A stretch of DNA of 64,000 nucleotides from an uncultured Chloroflexia bacterium (GTDB lineage Bacteria > Chloroflexota > Limnocylindria > Limnocylindrales > CSP1-4), in NCBI GenBank assembly GCA_963720755.1, contig CAVRGP010000013.1, positions 32,001 to 96,000 on the forward strand. Reading direction: 5' to 3'. The notes under the pieces are model-generated. The model had not been told where the DNA came from and did not search any database. It saw only the letters and a program-made list of their open reading frames with translations. The number at the start of each line of letters is the position of its first letter. Position 1 is the stretch's first letter. Position numbers and translations under genes: made by a program. Of the stretch, positions 48,704-60,159 are shown piece by piece.

Positions 48704-51700
48704 TGGCCACCACCTCGAAGCCGCGCGCTCGCCAGCCACGGGCCGCGGCAAGTGCACCGATCGGTCGGGAACCGCTCTGGTACAAGGACGCCGTCATCTA
48801 CGAGGTCCCGGTCCGCGCGTTCCGCGACAGTGATGCCGACGGCATCGGCGATTTCCGAGGCCTCACCGAGAAGCTCGACTACATCCGCGACCTTGGCGTC
48901 ACCGCGATCTGGGTCCTCCCCTTCTACCCGTCTCCGCTCCGGGACGATGGCTATGACATCGCCGACTTCACCAGCGTCCACCCGAGTTACGGGACCCTGC
49001 GCGACGTCAAGACGTTCATCAAGGCCGCCCACGCCCGTGGGCTTCGGGTCATCACCGAGCTCGTCTGCAACCACACCTCGGACCAGCACGCCTGGTTCCA
49101 GCGGGCGCGACTGGCCAAGCCGGGCAGTTCCGCCCGGGACTTCTACGTCTGGAGCGACACGCCCGATCGGTATGCCGACGCACGGATCATCTTCACCGAC
49201 ACGGAGACGTCCAACTGGACCTGGGACCCGGTGGCGGGTGCGTACTACTGGCACCGCTTCTTCTCGCATCAACCGGACCTGAACTACGACAACCCTGCCG
49301 TCCACGAAGCCATCTTCAAGACCATGGACTTCTGGCTCGGGATGGGGGTCGATGGCCTGCGCCTGGACGCGATCCCGTACCTCTACGAGCGGGACGGGAC
49401 GAACTGCGAGAACCTCCCCGAGACCCACGCGTTCCTGCGCAAGCTGCGGACGCACGTCGATCGCGAGTTCCCGGACCGGATGCTGCTGGCCGAGGCGAAC
49501 CAGTGGCCCGAAGACTCGGTGGCCTACTTCGGGGATGGCGACGAATGCAACATGGCCTTCCACTTCCCGGTCATGCCCCGAATGTTCATGGCGGTCCGGA
49601 TGGAGGACCGCCTGCCCATCGTGGACATCCTCGAACAGACACCCGCCATCCCCGAGAATGCCCAGTGGGCGATGTTCCTGCGGAACCACGATGAGTTGAC
49701 CCTCGAGATGGTCACCGACGAGGAGCGCGACTACATGTACCGAGCCTATGCCTACGACCCGCAGATGCGGGTGAACGTGGGCATCCGGCGTCGGCTCAGC
49801 CCTCTCCTCGGCAACAACCGGCGACGGATCGAGCTGATGAACGGGCTGCTGTTCTCCATGCCCGGCACCCCGGTCCTGTACTACGGCGATGAGATCGGGA
49901 TGGGCGACAACGTGTTCGTCGGAGACCGAAACGGGATGCGGACCCCGATGCAATGGAACGGCGATCGCAACGCCGGGTTCAGCAGCGCGAACCAGCAGCA
50001 GCTGTACCTGCCCGTGATCGTCGATCCCGAGTATCGATACGAGGCGGTCAACGTCGAGGTCCAGCAGGCGAACTCGCAGTCGCTCCTGTGGTGGATGAAG
50101 CGTTTGATCGACCTGCGCAAGCGCCACCCTGCCTTCAGTCGCGGCACCCTCGAATTCGTCCATCCGGAGAACCATCGGATCCTGGCGTTCATCCGCCGCT
50201 ACGAGGGTCAGACCATCCTGGTCGTCGCCAACCTGTCGCGGTTCGTCCAGCCCGTCGAACTCGACCTGGCATCGCTCAGCGGGTCGGTCCCGATCGAACT
50301 CATGGGGCGCGTGGAATTCCCGCCGATCGGCGAGTCGCCGTACTTCCTGGCGCTCGGCCCGCATGCCTTCATGTGGTTCTCGCTCGAGATGCCCGTGGTC
50401 GAGACGGGTGACGGCCCCGCGAACGCCCCGAAGGAGCTGCCGACCCTGCCGGCGGCGGATTCGATCGTCGAACTGCTGCACGGGAGTCGCGGGGCCGCGG
50501 TCATGGCGATCGTCGGCGAATGGATCCGCGATCGCCGCTGGTTCCGAAGCCGGACTCGACGGATCAAGACGATCCGGATCCATGACGTCGTGCCGGTCCC
50601 GGTCGGGGAGCGGACGGCCGCTGTGGTCCTGGCCGACGTGGAGTACACGGATGGCGATCCCGAGTCGTACCTGATCCCGCTGACCCTGATGAGCGATCGA
50701 GAGGCTGCCCCGATCCTGACGGCTACCCCGCACGCCGCGATCGCGAGGCTCCGGCCCGCCGACGGTCGCCGGACGGGCACGGTCCTGCTCGACGCCACGC
50801 TCGATCCGGCCTTCATGACCGCGATCCTGCGGTTGATCGGCCGCCGGCGTCGGCTACGTGGCCGATCTGGCGAGCTCGTCGGTCATGCCGAGAAGACGTT
50901 CCGCACCATCGTCGGCCCCGAAGCCGCGATCGCGACGCCGGTCCCGATCCGGGGTGAGCAGAGCAACACCTCTGTCATCTTCGGCGACCAGTCGATCCTG
51001 AAGTTGTACCGGGTGACCCAGCCCGGGCTGCATCCCGACGTCGAGATCGGCCGGGTCCTGACCGAACGTGGGTTCGCGCAGACGCCGGCCGTGGCCGGCT
51101 CGATGGACTATCGGCCCGATCAAGGGACGGCGTCGACCGCGGTGATCGTGAACGCCTTCGAGCCGAACCAGGGCAATCTGTTCGTGCACACGCTGGCGGA
51201 ACTGAGCGGGTTCTTCGAACGCGCCGCAGCGGATCCGAATCGGATGGATGGCGACAGTCTCGATCCTGCCAGCCTGCTCGTGGCCGCCCGGACCGACCCG
51301 CCCGCCGAGGTCCTGGACGCGATCGATGCCTACCTGCCGACCGCCCGCCTCGCCGGTGTCCGGACCGGCGAGTTGCATCGCACCCTCGCCGGCGTCACGG
51401 ATGACCGCGCCTTCGCGCCAGAGCCCTTCAGCGAGCTGTACCAGCGATCGCTCTATCAATCGATCAGCGGGTCGACGCGGCGTGCCCTGGATCTCCTCGC
51501 CCGGCGCCGGGGCGATCTGTCGGACGCGGCAGCTCTCGACGCGGCCCAGATCCTCGAGCGACGGGATGTCGTCGATGGTCGCCTGCGGGCGCTGCTCGAT
51601 CACAAGTTCGACGGGCAACGGATCCGGATCCACGGCGACCTGCACGCCGAGCAGATCCTGTATGCCGGTCGGGACCTGATCATCATCGACTTCGAAGGCG

Positions 51701-52083
51701 AGCCGACCCGCCCGCTCAGTGAGCGTCGTCTCCGACGGTCGGCGCTCCGCGATGTCGCCGGCATGCTTCGCTCGTTCCACTACGCAAGCTACGGCTCGCT
51801 GCTTCGTCCGGACATGGGCGCGGAGATCCGGGCCGAGGATGTCGAAGCGCTCGAAGGCTGGGTCCGCACCTGGAACCGCTGGGTCGGGGCCACGTTCCTG
51901 GCCGGCTACCGCGAGGCGACGGATGGTGCCTCGTTCCTGCCGACGGACGATCGGGAGTGGGCCACCCTTCTCGACGCGTTCCTGCTCGAAAAGGCCTGCT
52001 ATGAACTTGGCTACGAGTTGAACAACCGGCCGGCCTGGGTCGCGATCCCGATCCGAGGGATCCTCCAGCTGCTGGGCGGATGA
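48703..52083 (+). CDS. treS: Trehalose synthase fused to maltokinase (TreS-Mak/Pep2)
   Basis: [33 protein letters not shown]; C-terminal [27 protein letters not shown]. Confidence 0.96.
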
Positions 52084-55000
52084 CCGGCACGTCGGTGGAC
52101 GCGGACTCGCGCGTCGCGGCTCTGCGCGTGGCCCGCGAGGCGCAGGACCGCTACCGGCTCGAACGCGCTCCGGTGGGCCGACACGGCGACCTCGCCCTGG
52201 CCGACGGTCCGACCGCCCGGGCCGTGGCGGCTTCCATGAACGCGGCTCGAGCGTCCGCCGGGGCGTCGGTCCAGGCCGGTGACGTGGCCGCGCTCAGCCT
52301 CCTCCACGAGATCGCCCACCTGGTCGTCGAGCGGTACGAGACGACGGCCGCCTCTCCGGCCCGGGCGCGCGCCGCCGAGGAGTTGCGGGCAAGGCTGGGG
52401 GCCAAGGGCACGCGCGTCCTCGACCGCTTCTCTGAGGCGTTCCCGGGTCGGCTCCCAGGTCCCGAGCCTGAGGATCACGCCGACCTCGTCGGCGAGCTGC
52501 TCCTGATCCGGCTTGCCAACGAGAACCCGGCAGCCGCTCCGCTCCGCGAGCTGATCGACGATCGCCCACTGACCCGCTCCGCCGTGTACGCCCGGGCGGT
52601 CGACGAACTCGAAGCATTCTTCGCCGGGGCTCGCTTCCCACTCGAGGGAGCGACCGGCGACGGGTCGATCGATCTCCTCGACCTGCTCAGAGCGCCGGCC
52701 CGCCACGCCCCGACGTCACTGGCCGGGCAGCTCCGCTATGTACGGGACCATTGGGCTGCGATCCTGGGCGACGATCTGGGTGGCCTCATTGATCGCCTCG
52801 ACATCGCCCTCGGGATCCTGGCCGAAGAGGAGCACGGCCTCCATATGCGCTTCGGTGGCGGCCTGCCGGGGGCCGGTCCGCACGACGTGCCGGACCTGAC
52901 TGGCCTGGATGCCGAGGTGGAGCGGTTCAGCAGCGATTCGGACTGGATGCCGAAGCTCGTCCTGATGGCCAAGAGCACGTACGTCTGGCTGGACCAGCTG
53001 TCGCGTCGCCACGAGCGCGATATCCGGACGCTGGATGCGATCCCGGACGAGGAGCTGGACACGCTCGCACGCTGGGGTGTCACGGGCCTCTGGCTGATCG
53101 GCCTGTGGCAACGCTCCCAGGCATCGGAGACGATCAAGCGCCGGCGCGGGAACCCGGACGCGGTGGCGTCCGCCTACTCGCTCGACGACTACCGGATCGC
53201 CGACGACCTCGGCGGCGAGGCCGCGTTCGGGCACTTGCGGGATCGCGCCTCCGCTCGCGGGATCCGCCTGGCCAGTGACATGGTGCCGAACCACATGGGG
53301 ATCGACTCGCGCTGGGTCATCGAACACCCGGAGTGGTTCCTGTCCGTCGCCGACCCACCGTATCCGGCCTACACGTTCGGTGGGCCCGACCTGTCACCGG
53401 ACGGGCGGGTCTCGATCGTCCTGGAGGATCACTACTGGGACGCGACCGATGCGGCGGTCGTGTTCAAGCACTACGACCACGGGTCGGGCGTGACCCGCTA
53501 CATCTACCACGGCAACGACGGGACGAGCTTCCCGTGGAACGACACGGCGCAGCTCGACTTCATCAAGGCCGAGGTGCGCGAGCAGGTCATCCGGACCATC
53601 CTGGACGTCGCCCGGCGCTTCCCGGTCATCCGGTTCGACGCGGCGATGGTCCTGGCTCGCAAGCACGTGGAACGCCTGTGGTGGCCGCAGCCGGGCGCTG
53701 GGGACGGCATCCCGTCACGGGCCGAGCATGCGATGCGCAAGGCAGTGTTCGATCGGTTGATGCCGGCCGAATTCTGGCGCGAGGTCGTGGATCGGGTGGC
53801 TGCCGAGGTCCCGGATACGCTCCTGCTGGCCGAGGCCTTCTGGCTGCTCGAGGGCTACTTCGTCCGGACCCTCGGGATGCACCGCGTCTACAACAGCGCG
53901 TTCATGCACATGCTCCGTGACGAGGACAACGCGGGCTACCGAAAGGTCATCCGGGACACCCTCGAGTTCGATCCGGAGATCCTCAAGCGATACGTGAACT
54001 TCATGAGCAATCCGGACGAGGAAACGGCGCTCGAGCAATTCGGTTCGGGCGACAAGTACCTCGGTGTCGCGACGTTGCTGATGACCCTGCCGGGTCTGCC
54101 GATGCTCGGTCACGGTCAGGTGGAGGGCTTCACCGAGAAGTACGGGATGGAATTCCGCCGCGCCCGGCTCGACGAGCGATCCGACGCAGGACTGGTCGCC
54201 CGGCACGAGCAGCACCTCTTCCCCCTCGTCCATCGCCGTGACTGGTTCGCCGAGGCCCACGACTTCCGGCTCTACGACCTGGTTCGCGACGACGGATCGG
54301 TCGACGAGAACGTCTACGCCTACTCGAACGGCACAGGCGAACGCCGCTCGCTCGTCGTCTTCCACAATCGGTTCGGGGATACGGCCGGGACGATCCGCGA
54401 GTCGGCCCCGTTCGCGATCAAGCATGGCGACGGTTCGAAGACGTTGACCCGACGGTCGATCGGCGATGCGCTCGGGATCAGCGGCGATCCGGATGCGTTC
54501 ATCGGGTTCCGTGACGAACGGTCAGGGCTTGAATACCTGCTCCGGGCAACGTCGTTCCGCGACCACGGTTTGCGGTTGACCCTCGACGCCTACCGGTGTC
54601 GCGTGTTCACCGGCTTCCGCGAGCTGGGCGACGCGTCCGGCCGGCCATGGACCAGGCTCGCCGCGGAGATCGGCGATCGTGGTGTCCCAAGCCTCGACGA
54701 TGCGATCCGCGACGTCGAGCTGGCCCCGGTCCATGATGCCCTCCGGGCGGCGGTCGCGGATCCGGCAGCCGTGTCCGCCCTCCTGGCGGCGATCGGAGAC
54801 GCGGTCGGCGCTGGCGTCGACGATGCGGTGGTCCCGCCTCCCCGGTCGACTGGCCGGGCGATCGGGCCCCGACCGGCCGGCCGCCCGCACCCGCCGGCCG
54901 CCGAAACCATCGAGGACCGGGTGGTTCGACGCCGGGCTGCGATCGCAGCGATGCCCACCGATCCGCGCACGACGGCCGTCCTCGTGGCCTGGTCGATCCT

Positions 55001-55433
55001 GGATCCAGTGGTGTCGGTCTACGGATCCGCCGCATTCGCCGATCTGCGCCTGGGCGGGCCGCTCGACCGAGCCGCCGGAGAACGCCACGGCCTCGATGGC
55101 ACGGCCGCCCATGACGTCGGGTGGGACGGCGCGATCCTTGTCGCGGCATCGGTGGCCCCCGTCACGCCGGATCGGGCGCGCCTCGCCGCGTGGTTGGCGG
55201 ACCCCACCATGCGGGACGTGCTGCACGTCCACGAGTGGGAGGGCCGCGAGTACTTCGACGGCGTCGCGCTGGCCACGATCGTGGATCGACTGGCCCTGGC
55301 GGCCGTCACGGACGGTGCCACATCGAGGACGGCGCGGGCACGATCGGCCCGGCTGCGCAGGATCGCCAGGGACGCCGATTATCGCGTCGACGCGATCGCT
55401 CCGCGACGCGCGCGGCGGCCGGTCGATCGCTGA
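52080..55433 (+). CDS. Large GH13 alpha-amylase-family protein of unknown specificity
   Basis: [39 protein letters not shown]. Confidence 0.85.
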   Translation: MTGTSVDADSRVAALRVAREAQDRYRLERAPVGRHGDLALADGPTARAVAASMNAARASAGASVQAGDVAALSLLHEIAHLVVERYETTAASPARARAAEELRARLGAKGTRVLDRFSEAFPGRLPGPEPEDHADLVGELLLIRLANENPAAAPLRELIDDRPLTRSAVYARAVDELEAFFAGARFPLEGATGDGSIDLLDLLRAPARHAPTSLAGQLRYVRDHWAAILGDDLGGLIDRLDIALGILAEEEHGLHMRFGGGLPGAGPHDVPDLTGLDAEVERFSSDSDWMPKLVLMAKSTYVWLDQLSRRHERDIRTLDAIPDEELDTLARWGVTGLWLIGLWQRSQASETIKRRRGNPDAVASAYSLDDYRIADDLGGEAAFGHLRDRASARGIRLASDMVPNHMGIDSRWVIEHPEWFLSVADPPYPAYTFGGPDLSPDGRVSIVLEDHYWDATDAAVVFKHYDHGSGVTRYIYHGNDGTSFPWNDTAQLDFIKAEVREQVIRTILDVARRFPVIRFDAAMVLARKHVERLWWPQPGAGDGIPSRAEHAMRKAVFDRLMPAEFWREVVDRVAAEVPDTLLLAEAFWLLEGYFVRTLGMHRVYNSAFMHMLRDEDNAGYRKVIRDTLEFDPEILKRYVNFMSNPDEETALEQFGSGDKYLGVATLLMTLPGLPMLGHGQVEGFTEKYGMEFRRARLDERSDAGLVARHEQHLFPLVHRRDWFAEAHDFRLYDLVRDDGSVDENVYAYSNGTGERRSLVVFHNRFGDTAGTIRESAPFAIKHGDGSKTLTRRSIGDALGISGDPDAFIGFRDERSGLEYLLRATSFRDHGLRLTLDAYRCRVFTGFRELGDASGRPWTRLAAEIGDRGVPSLDDAIRDVELAPVHDALRAAVADPAAVSALLAAIGDAVGAGVDDAVVPPPRSTGRAIGPRPAGRPHPPAAETIEDRVVRRRAAIAAMPTDPRTTAVLVAWSILDPVVSVYGSAAFADLRLGGPLDRAAGERHGLDGTAAHDVGWDGAILVAASVAPVTPDRARLAAWLADPTMRDVLHVHEWEGREYFDGVALATIVDRLALAAVTDGATSRTARARSARLRRIARDADYRVDAIAPRRARRPVDR

Positions 55434-55535
55434 CGCTGCGCACCCGATCGCGCGGTCCATCCCGGGCATCCACCGCTATCATGGCGGTCCCCGCCGCGCG
55501 GCGGGATCAGGGATCGAAGAGCAGGGGGCCACAGC

Positions 55536-57878
55536 ATGCCGAAGCGTTTCCGCGGCGTCGTCAACGTCGACATCAAGGACTCGACGCCGGACTGGACCCC
55601 ATTCGAGCAGCCGAAGGCCCCCGACGGGTCCCCGAACATCGTCTACATCGTCCTTGACGATGTCGGCTTCAGCGCGATGGAACCCTACGGCGGGCCGATC
55701 GAGACACCGAACATCAAGCGGATCGCCGAGCGCGGCCTGACCTATACGAACTTCCACACGACGGCGCTCTGTTCACCGACCCGGTCGTGCCTGCTCACTG
55801 GGCGGAACCACACGAGCAACGGGATGGGCTGCATCACCGAGGCGACCTCCGGGTTCCCGAATGCCAACGGCCACATCCCGTTCGAGAACGCGAACCTGGC
55901 CGAACTGCTCGTCGAGCACGGCTGGAACACGTACATCGTCGGCAAGTGGCACCTCTGCGCCGAAGACGAGATGAACCTCGCCTCCTCGAAGCGCCAGTGG
56001 CCGCTCGGGCGAGGTTTCGAGCGGTTCTACGGGTTCCTGGGTGGCGAGACCAACCAGTGGTATCCGGATCTCGTCTATGACAACCATCCGGTCGCCCCGC
56101 CGTCGACCCCGGAGGAGGGCTATCACCTGACGGTCGACCTCACCGACAAGGCGATGGAGTTCGTCAAGGACGCCAAGGCGATCGCGCCGGACAAGCCGTT
56201 CTTCCTGTACTACTGCCCTGGGGCTGCCCATGCGCCGCATCACGCCCCGAAAGACTGGATCGACCGGTACAAGGGCAAGTTCGACATGGGCTACGAGGCG
56301 ATCCGCGAGACGATCTTCGAGCGCCAGAAGGCCCTTGGGATCCTGGCTCCCGGAGCGGACCTCTCGCCGATCGATCCATACGTCGATACGACCAGTCACG
56401 ACGGCAAGCCCTGGTCGATGGGCGACCGGGTCCGGCCGTGGGACTCACTGTCGGCCGATGAGCAGCGCTTGTTCTCGCGGATGGCCGAGGTCTACGCCGG
56501 GTTCCTGAGTCACGCCGACCACGAGATCGGCCGGCTGCTCGACTTCCTCGAGGATTCGGGCCAGATCGATAACACGATCATCGTGCTCGTATCCGACAAC
56601 GGCGCATCGGGTGAGGGCGGACCGAACGGATCGGTCAACGAGAACAAGTTCTTCAACGGGATCCCCGACACGATCGAGGAAAACCTGAAGCATCTCGACG
56701 CGCTCGGCAGCCCCACGACGTACAACCACTACCCGACCGGTTGGGCGTGGGCGTTCAACACCCCGTTCAAGCTCTGGAAGCGGTACGCGAACTTCGAGGG
56801 TGGGACGGCCGATCCGCTGATCGTCTCGTGGCCCGCCCGGATCGACAAGCCGGGCCTGCGCCGCCAGTACAACCACGCGGTCGACATCGTGCCCACGTTG
56901 CTCGAGGTGCTCGATCTCGAGTTGCCCGACGTGGTCAAGGGGTACACCCAGGCGCCGATCGAGGGTGTCGACTTCTCGAATTCCTTCGACGATCCCGACG
57001 CCCCGACACGGAAGGAAACCCAGTTCTACTCGATGCTGGGCACCCGCGCGATCTGGCACCGTGGTTGGAAGGCGGCCACCGCAGTGCCCGCGGCCCCGGA
57101 GTCATGGGGCGATTTCGCCCAGCAGCGCTGGGAGTTGTACGACACCGACTCCGATCCGAGTGAGTGCCACGACCTGGCGGCCGAGCAACCGGTCAAGCTG
57201 CAGGAGTTGATCGCCCTGTGGTGGGCCGAGGCGGGCGCCTACCAGGCGCTGCCGCTCGAATCCCGTGGGGCCGTCGAGATCCTGACCACGCCACGACCCG
57301 AGATGTCCAGCCCTCGGAACCGCTACATCTATTACCCAGGCGGCGCCGACATCCCGGAGTCGCAGACCCCGAACATCCGAAACCGCTCGTACACGATCGC
57401 GGCCGAGGTCGAGATCGGTTCGGTCGACGCCAGCGGCGTCCTGTTCGCCCAGGGATCGCGCTTCGGCGGTCATGCCCTGTACCTGAAGGATGGCGTCCTC
57501 AAGTACGCCTACAATTTCATCGGCGAGCGGCTCCAGACGATCGAGGCCGATGCACCCCTGCCGCTCGGGCACGTGGTCCTGTCGGCGACCTTCGAGCGCG
57601 AGGGGACGTCGATGCCGACGACCGGGACGCTCACCCTGCACATCCGCGACAAGGCGGTCGGGGCTGGGACGATCATGACCCAGCCGGGCAAGTTCGGGCT
57701 GGGCGGCGGCGGTCTGGTCGTCGGTCGGTCCGGATCCGAGGTCGTGACCGACGACTTCGGTGGCGCTGCCCCGCACGCACTCAGCGGCGGTTCACTGACG
57801 AAGGTCGTGATCGACGTCAGCGGTGAGCCGTTCGTCGACCTGGCCCGGGAAGCCGCGGCGATCTTCGCTCGCCAATGA
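55536..57878 (+). CDS. Arylsulfatase (Cys-type, cytoplasmic, AtsA/AtsD-like)
   Basis: PNIVYIVLDDVG, LCSPTRSCLLTGR, GKWHL, SDNG; no signal peptide. Confidence 0.93.
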   Translation: MPKRFRGVVNVDIKDSTPDWTPFEQPKAPDGSPNIVYIVLDDVGFSAMEPYGGPIETPNIKRIAERGLTYTNFHTTALCSPTRSCLLTGRNHTSNGMGCITEATSGFPNANGHIPFENANLAELLVEHGWNTYIVGKWHLCAEDEMNLASSKRQWPLGRGFERFYGFLGGETNQWYPDLVYDNHPVAPPSTPEEGYHLTVDLTDKAMEFVKDAKAIAPDKPFFLYYCPGAAHAPHHAPKDWIDRYKGKFDMGYEAIRETIFERQKALGILAPGADLSPIDPYVDTTSHDGKPWSMGDRVRPWDSLSADEQRLFSRMAEVYAGFLSHADHEIGRLLDFLEDSGQIDNTIIVLVSDNGASGEGGPNGSVNENKFFNGIPDTIEENLKHLDALGSPTTYNHYPTGWAWAFNTPFKLWKRYANFEGGTADPLIVSWPARIDKPGLRRQYNHAVDIVPTLLEVLDLELPDVVKGYTQAPIEGVDFSNSFDDPDAPTRKETQFYSMLGTRAIWHRGWKAATAVPAAPESWGDFAQQRWELYDTDSDPSECHDLAAEQPVKLQELIALWWAEAGAYQALPLESRGAVEILTTPRPEMSSPRNRYIYYPGGADIPESQTPNIRNRSYTIAAEVEIGSVDASGVLFAQGSRFGGHALYLKDGVLKYAYNFIGERLQTIEADAPLPLGHVVLSATFEREGTSMPTTGTLTLHIRDKAVGAGTIMTQPGKFGLGGGGLVVGRSGSEVVTDDFGGAAPHALSGGSLTKVVIDVSGEPFVDLAREAAAIFARQ

Positions 57879-57921
57879 TCCGGTCGTCGCGTCGGGCGAC
57901 GCGACGGGTATCATCGACGGG

Positions 57922-59103
57922 ATGACTGAGGGAGGGCGACTCGGCATGGATGGGGCTCCGGCGTGCCCGTTCGTCGCCTTCGGCGACGAACGCGAAAGCC
58001 GCTCGACCAGTCCGGATCATCGGCACCGTTGCTTCGCCGAGACTCCGCCCGCGCCGCGGGCCGCCGCGCATCAGGAGGCGTACTGCCTCTCGAGCGCGTT
58101 CCCGGTCTGCCCGACGTTCCAGGATTGGGCTCGACGCGAGGCAGCGCATGCGCGCGGCGACGGATCCGCGGCCGAATCGGCTCCGACGGCGACGGCGATG
58201 GCGCCGGCACCGCGCGAGGAACCGACCGGGGACGATGACGATCTGGATATCGCCTCGGACGACGATCGGATCGACGATGACGATCGGATCGACGATAAGG
58301 ACGAGCTGCCGGCTCACCGCAATCCGCCGCGGGACTGGGCCGCCCCGCCACCCTGGGCCAGCGGCGCGACATCGGCCGGAACGCCCCGGTCCACCGCACC
58401 GGTCGTTGGCGCCGCCGCGGCGTCTGCCGACGCCGCTCGGTACGGCGGTCAGCCCGCCGAAGCCCGTGGTCTGGCCGGGAGCGCGGCGGATCGCCTGGCG
58501 AACGGCCTGCCGGTCGGAGCGGAACCGCAGGCGTCGGACGAGGAACTGGCCGGTCTCGCGCAGAGCCGATCCAGAAGTGTCACCGCGCCGGCGACGCCGA
58601 CGTCCGTGAGTCCACCGCCCCCCAGCCGACCGCCCGCGCCCGCCGGCCGTCGACCGTCGGTCAGTTCGACCCGATCGAGCGCGCCCGTGATCCCGGGACC
58701 GTCGTGGGAGCACATGCGCCGCTACGAGGCGTATCCGACGATCAAGACCCGGGCCGGCCTGCCCGGCATCCCCCGGATCGCACTCCTCGGCGGGGCGCTG
58801 GCCATCGCGGCCCTTGCCCTGTTCATGCTGCCGGCGTTGCTCGGCGTGGGCGGGAGCGGTCCAGCGCCCAGCCCGACGCCCAGCCCGGTCACCGCCACGC
58901 CCAGTCCATCACCCACGATCCCGCCCGAGCCGACCCCGCAGGTGTACGTCGTCGCTGCCGGTGACAGCCTCGGGAAGATCGCCAACAAGTTCGGCCTGAC
59001 CGTGGACGACCTGCTGGCGGCGAACCCGGACATCAAGAACCCGAACAAGATCGCGGTCGGCCAGGAGATCATCATCCCGGTGCCAGGCGCGACCGCTTCC
59101 TGA
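57922..59103 (+). CDS. Bitopic LysM protein with N-terminal Cys/His domain
   Basis: CPF..HRC..H..YCL..CP; TM; YVVAAGDSLGKIA..LLAANPDIKNPNKIAVGQEIIIP. Confidence 0.85.
   Translation: MTEGGRLGMDGAPACPFVAFGDERESRSTSPDHRHRCFAETPPAPRAAAHQEAYCLSSAFPVCPTFQDWARREAAHARGDGSAAESAPTATAMAPAPREEPTGDDDDLDIASDDDRIDDDDRIDDKDELPAHRNPPRDWAAPPPWASGATSAGTPRSTAPVVGAAAASADAARYGGQPAEARGLAGSAADRLANGLPVGAEPQASDEELAGLAQSRSRSVTAPATPTSVSPPPPSRPPAPAGRRPSVSSTRSSAPVIPGPSWEHMRRYEAYPTIKTRAGLPGIPRIALLGGALAIAALALFMLPALLGVGGSGPAPSPTPSPVTATPSPSPTIPPEPTPQVYVVAAGDSLGKIANKFGLTVDDLLAANPDIKNPNKIAVGQEIIIPVPGATAS
58261..58296 (+). repeat. Perfect 18-bp tandem duplication (DDRIDD x2)
   Basis: GACGATCGGATCGACGAT twice. Confidence 0.85.
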
Positions 59104-59135
59104 TCGAGGCTCCCGGCCGCCCGCGGACGTGATGT

Positions 59136-59465
59136 CTAGCGGGGCGCGATGTTGATCGCGGTGATCTTCCCGGCTTCGACCCGAAAGGTCGCATCGATGT
59201 GCTGACTCTGGGCGCCCGGTCGTACCACGAGGAGGTCCGCCTCCCAGGTGTTGCCGGTGTCCCGGATGTCGCCGGGGATCATCCGCAGGCCCTTCTCGCT
59301 GCGCAGGAACCAGCCACCGACCCGTTCCACGCCCCGCAGCGTCTGGACGCTGTCGCCGACATGTACCCGCATCTCGGTCTTCTCGTCCATCAGCGCGACC
59401 GCGGCCTCGCGATCGCCGCCGTTCAACTTCTCGAAGAAGTCTTCCATCGTCTCGACAGCACCCAT
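59136..59465 (-). CDS. SnoaL/NTF2-like protein
   Basis: FFEKLNGGDREAAVALM, LRGVERV..WF, FRVEAGKITAI. Confidence 0.75.
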   Translation of the reverse strand: MGAVETMEDFFEKLNGGDREAAVALMDEKTEMRVHVGDSVQTLRGVERVGGWFLRSEKGLRMIPGDIRDTGNTWEADLLVVRPGAQSQHIDATFRVEAGKITAINIAPR

Positions 59466-59490
59466 CCGCGGAGTGTACCGTCGGCCGCCC

Positions 59491-60141
59491 ATGGGTGCCC
59501 AGCTGGAGTCCATCTGGCCGCTGTTCGCGCTCCGTCTCCGGACGGAGCGACTGGTGCTGCGCCTCCCGACCGATGACGACCTCATCCGGCTCATCGACCT
59601 GGCCGGGGCCGGGATCCACGAACCGGGCACGATGCCCTTCGGCGTGGCCTGGTCGACCCTGCCGAGCCCGGCGTTCGAGCGAGGGGCGATCCAGCACCAC
59701 TGGCTTCGGCGGGCGACCTGGACGCCCGCCGACTGGGGTCTCAACCTGCTCGTCGAGCACGACGATCAGGTGGTCGGCTCGCAGGGCCTGTATGCCGTCG
59801 ACTTCGCCATCGGCCGGTCCGTCCACACCGGATCCTGGCTGGGTCGCGCGTTCCAGGGCCGCGGGTTCGGCACGGAGATGCGCACGGCGGTGCTCGGGTT
59901 CGCGTTCGACGGACTCGGGGCGCAGATCGCGACCAGCGAAGCGTTCCTCGACAATGCCGCGTCCAACGGCGTGTCGCGGTCCCTCGGCTATGAAGACAAC
60001 GGGATCGGCAGCCTGGCGCCGGAAGGCGTCGCCCGCGAGACGCGCCGGTTTCGGATGACCGTGGACGGCTGGCGGGCACGACCGAGACCGTCGGTCGTCA
60101 TCGAAGGACTCGATGCCTGTCGTGATCTCTTCGGAGCCTGA
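59491..60141 (+). CDS. GNAT acetyltransferase (RimJ/RimL-like)
   Basis: LRTERLVLR, TGSWLGRAFQGRGFGTEMR, DNAASNGVSRSLGY. Confidence 0.9.
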   Translation: MGAQLESIWPLFALRLRTERLVLRLPTDDDLIRLIDLAGAGIHEPGTMPFGVAWSTLPSPAFERGAIQHHWLRRATWTPADWGLNLLVEHDDQVVGSQGLYAVDFAIGRSVHTGSWLGRAFQGRGFGTEMRTAVLGFAFDGLGAQIATSEAFLDNAASNGVSRSLGYEDNGIGSLAPEGVARETRRFRMTVDGWRARPRPSVVIEGLDACRDLFGA

Positions 60142-60159
60142 CGAGCCCCGTCCCGCCGG

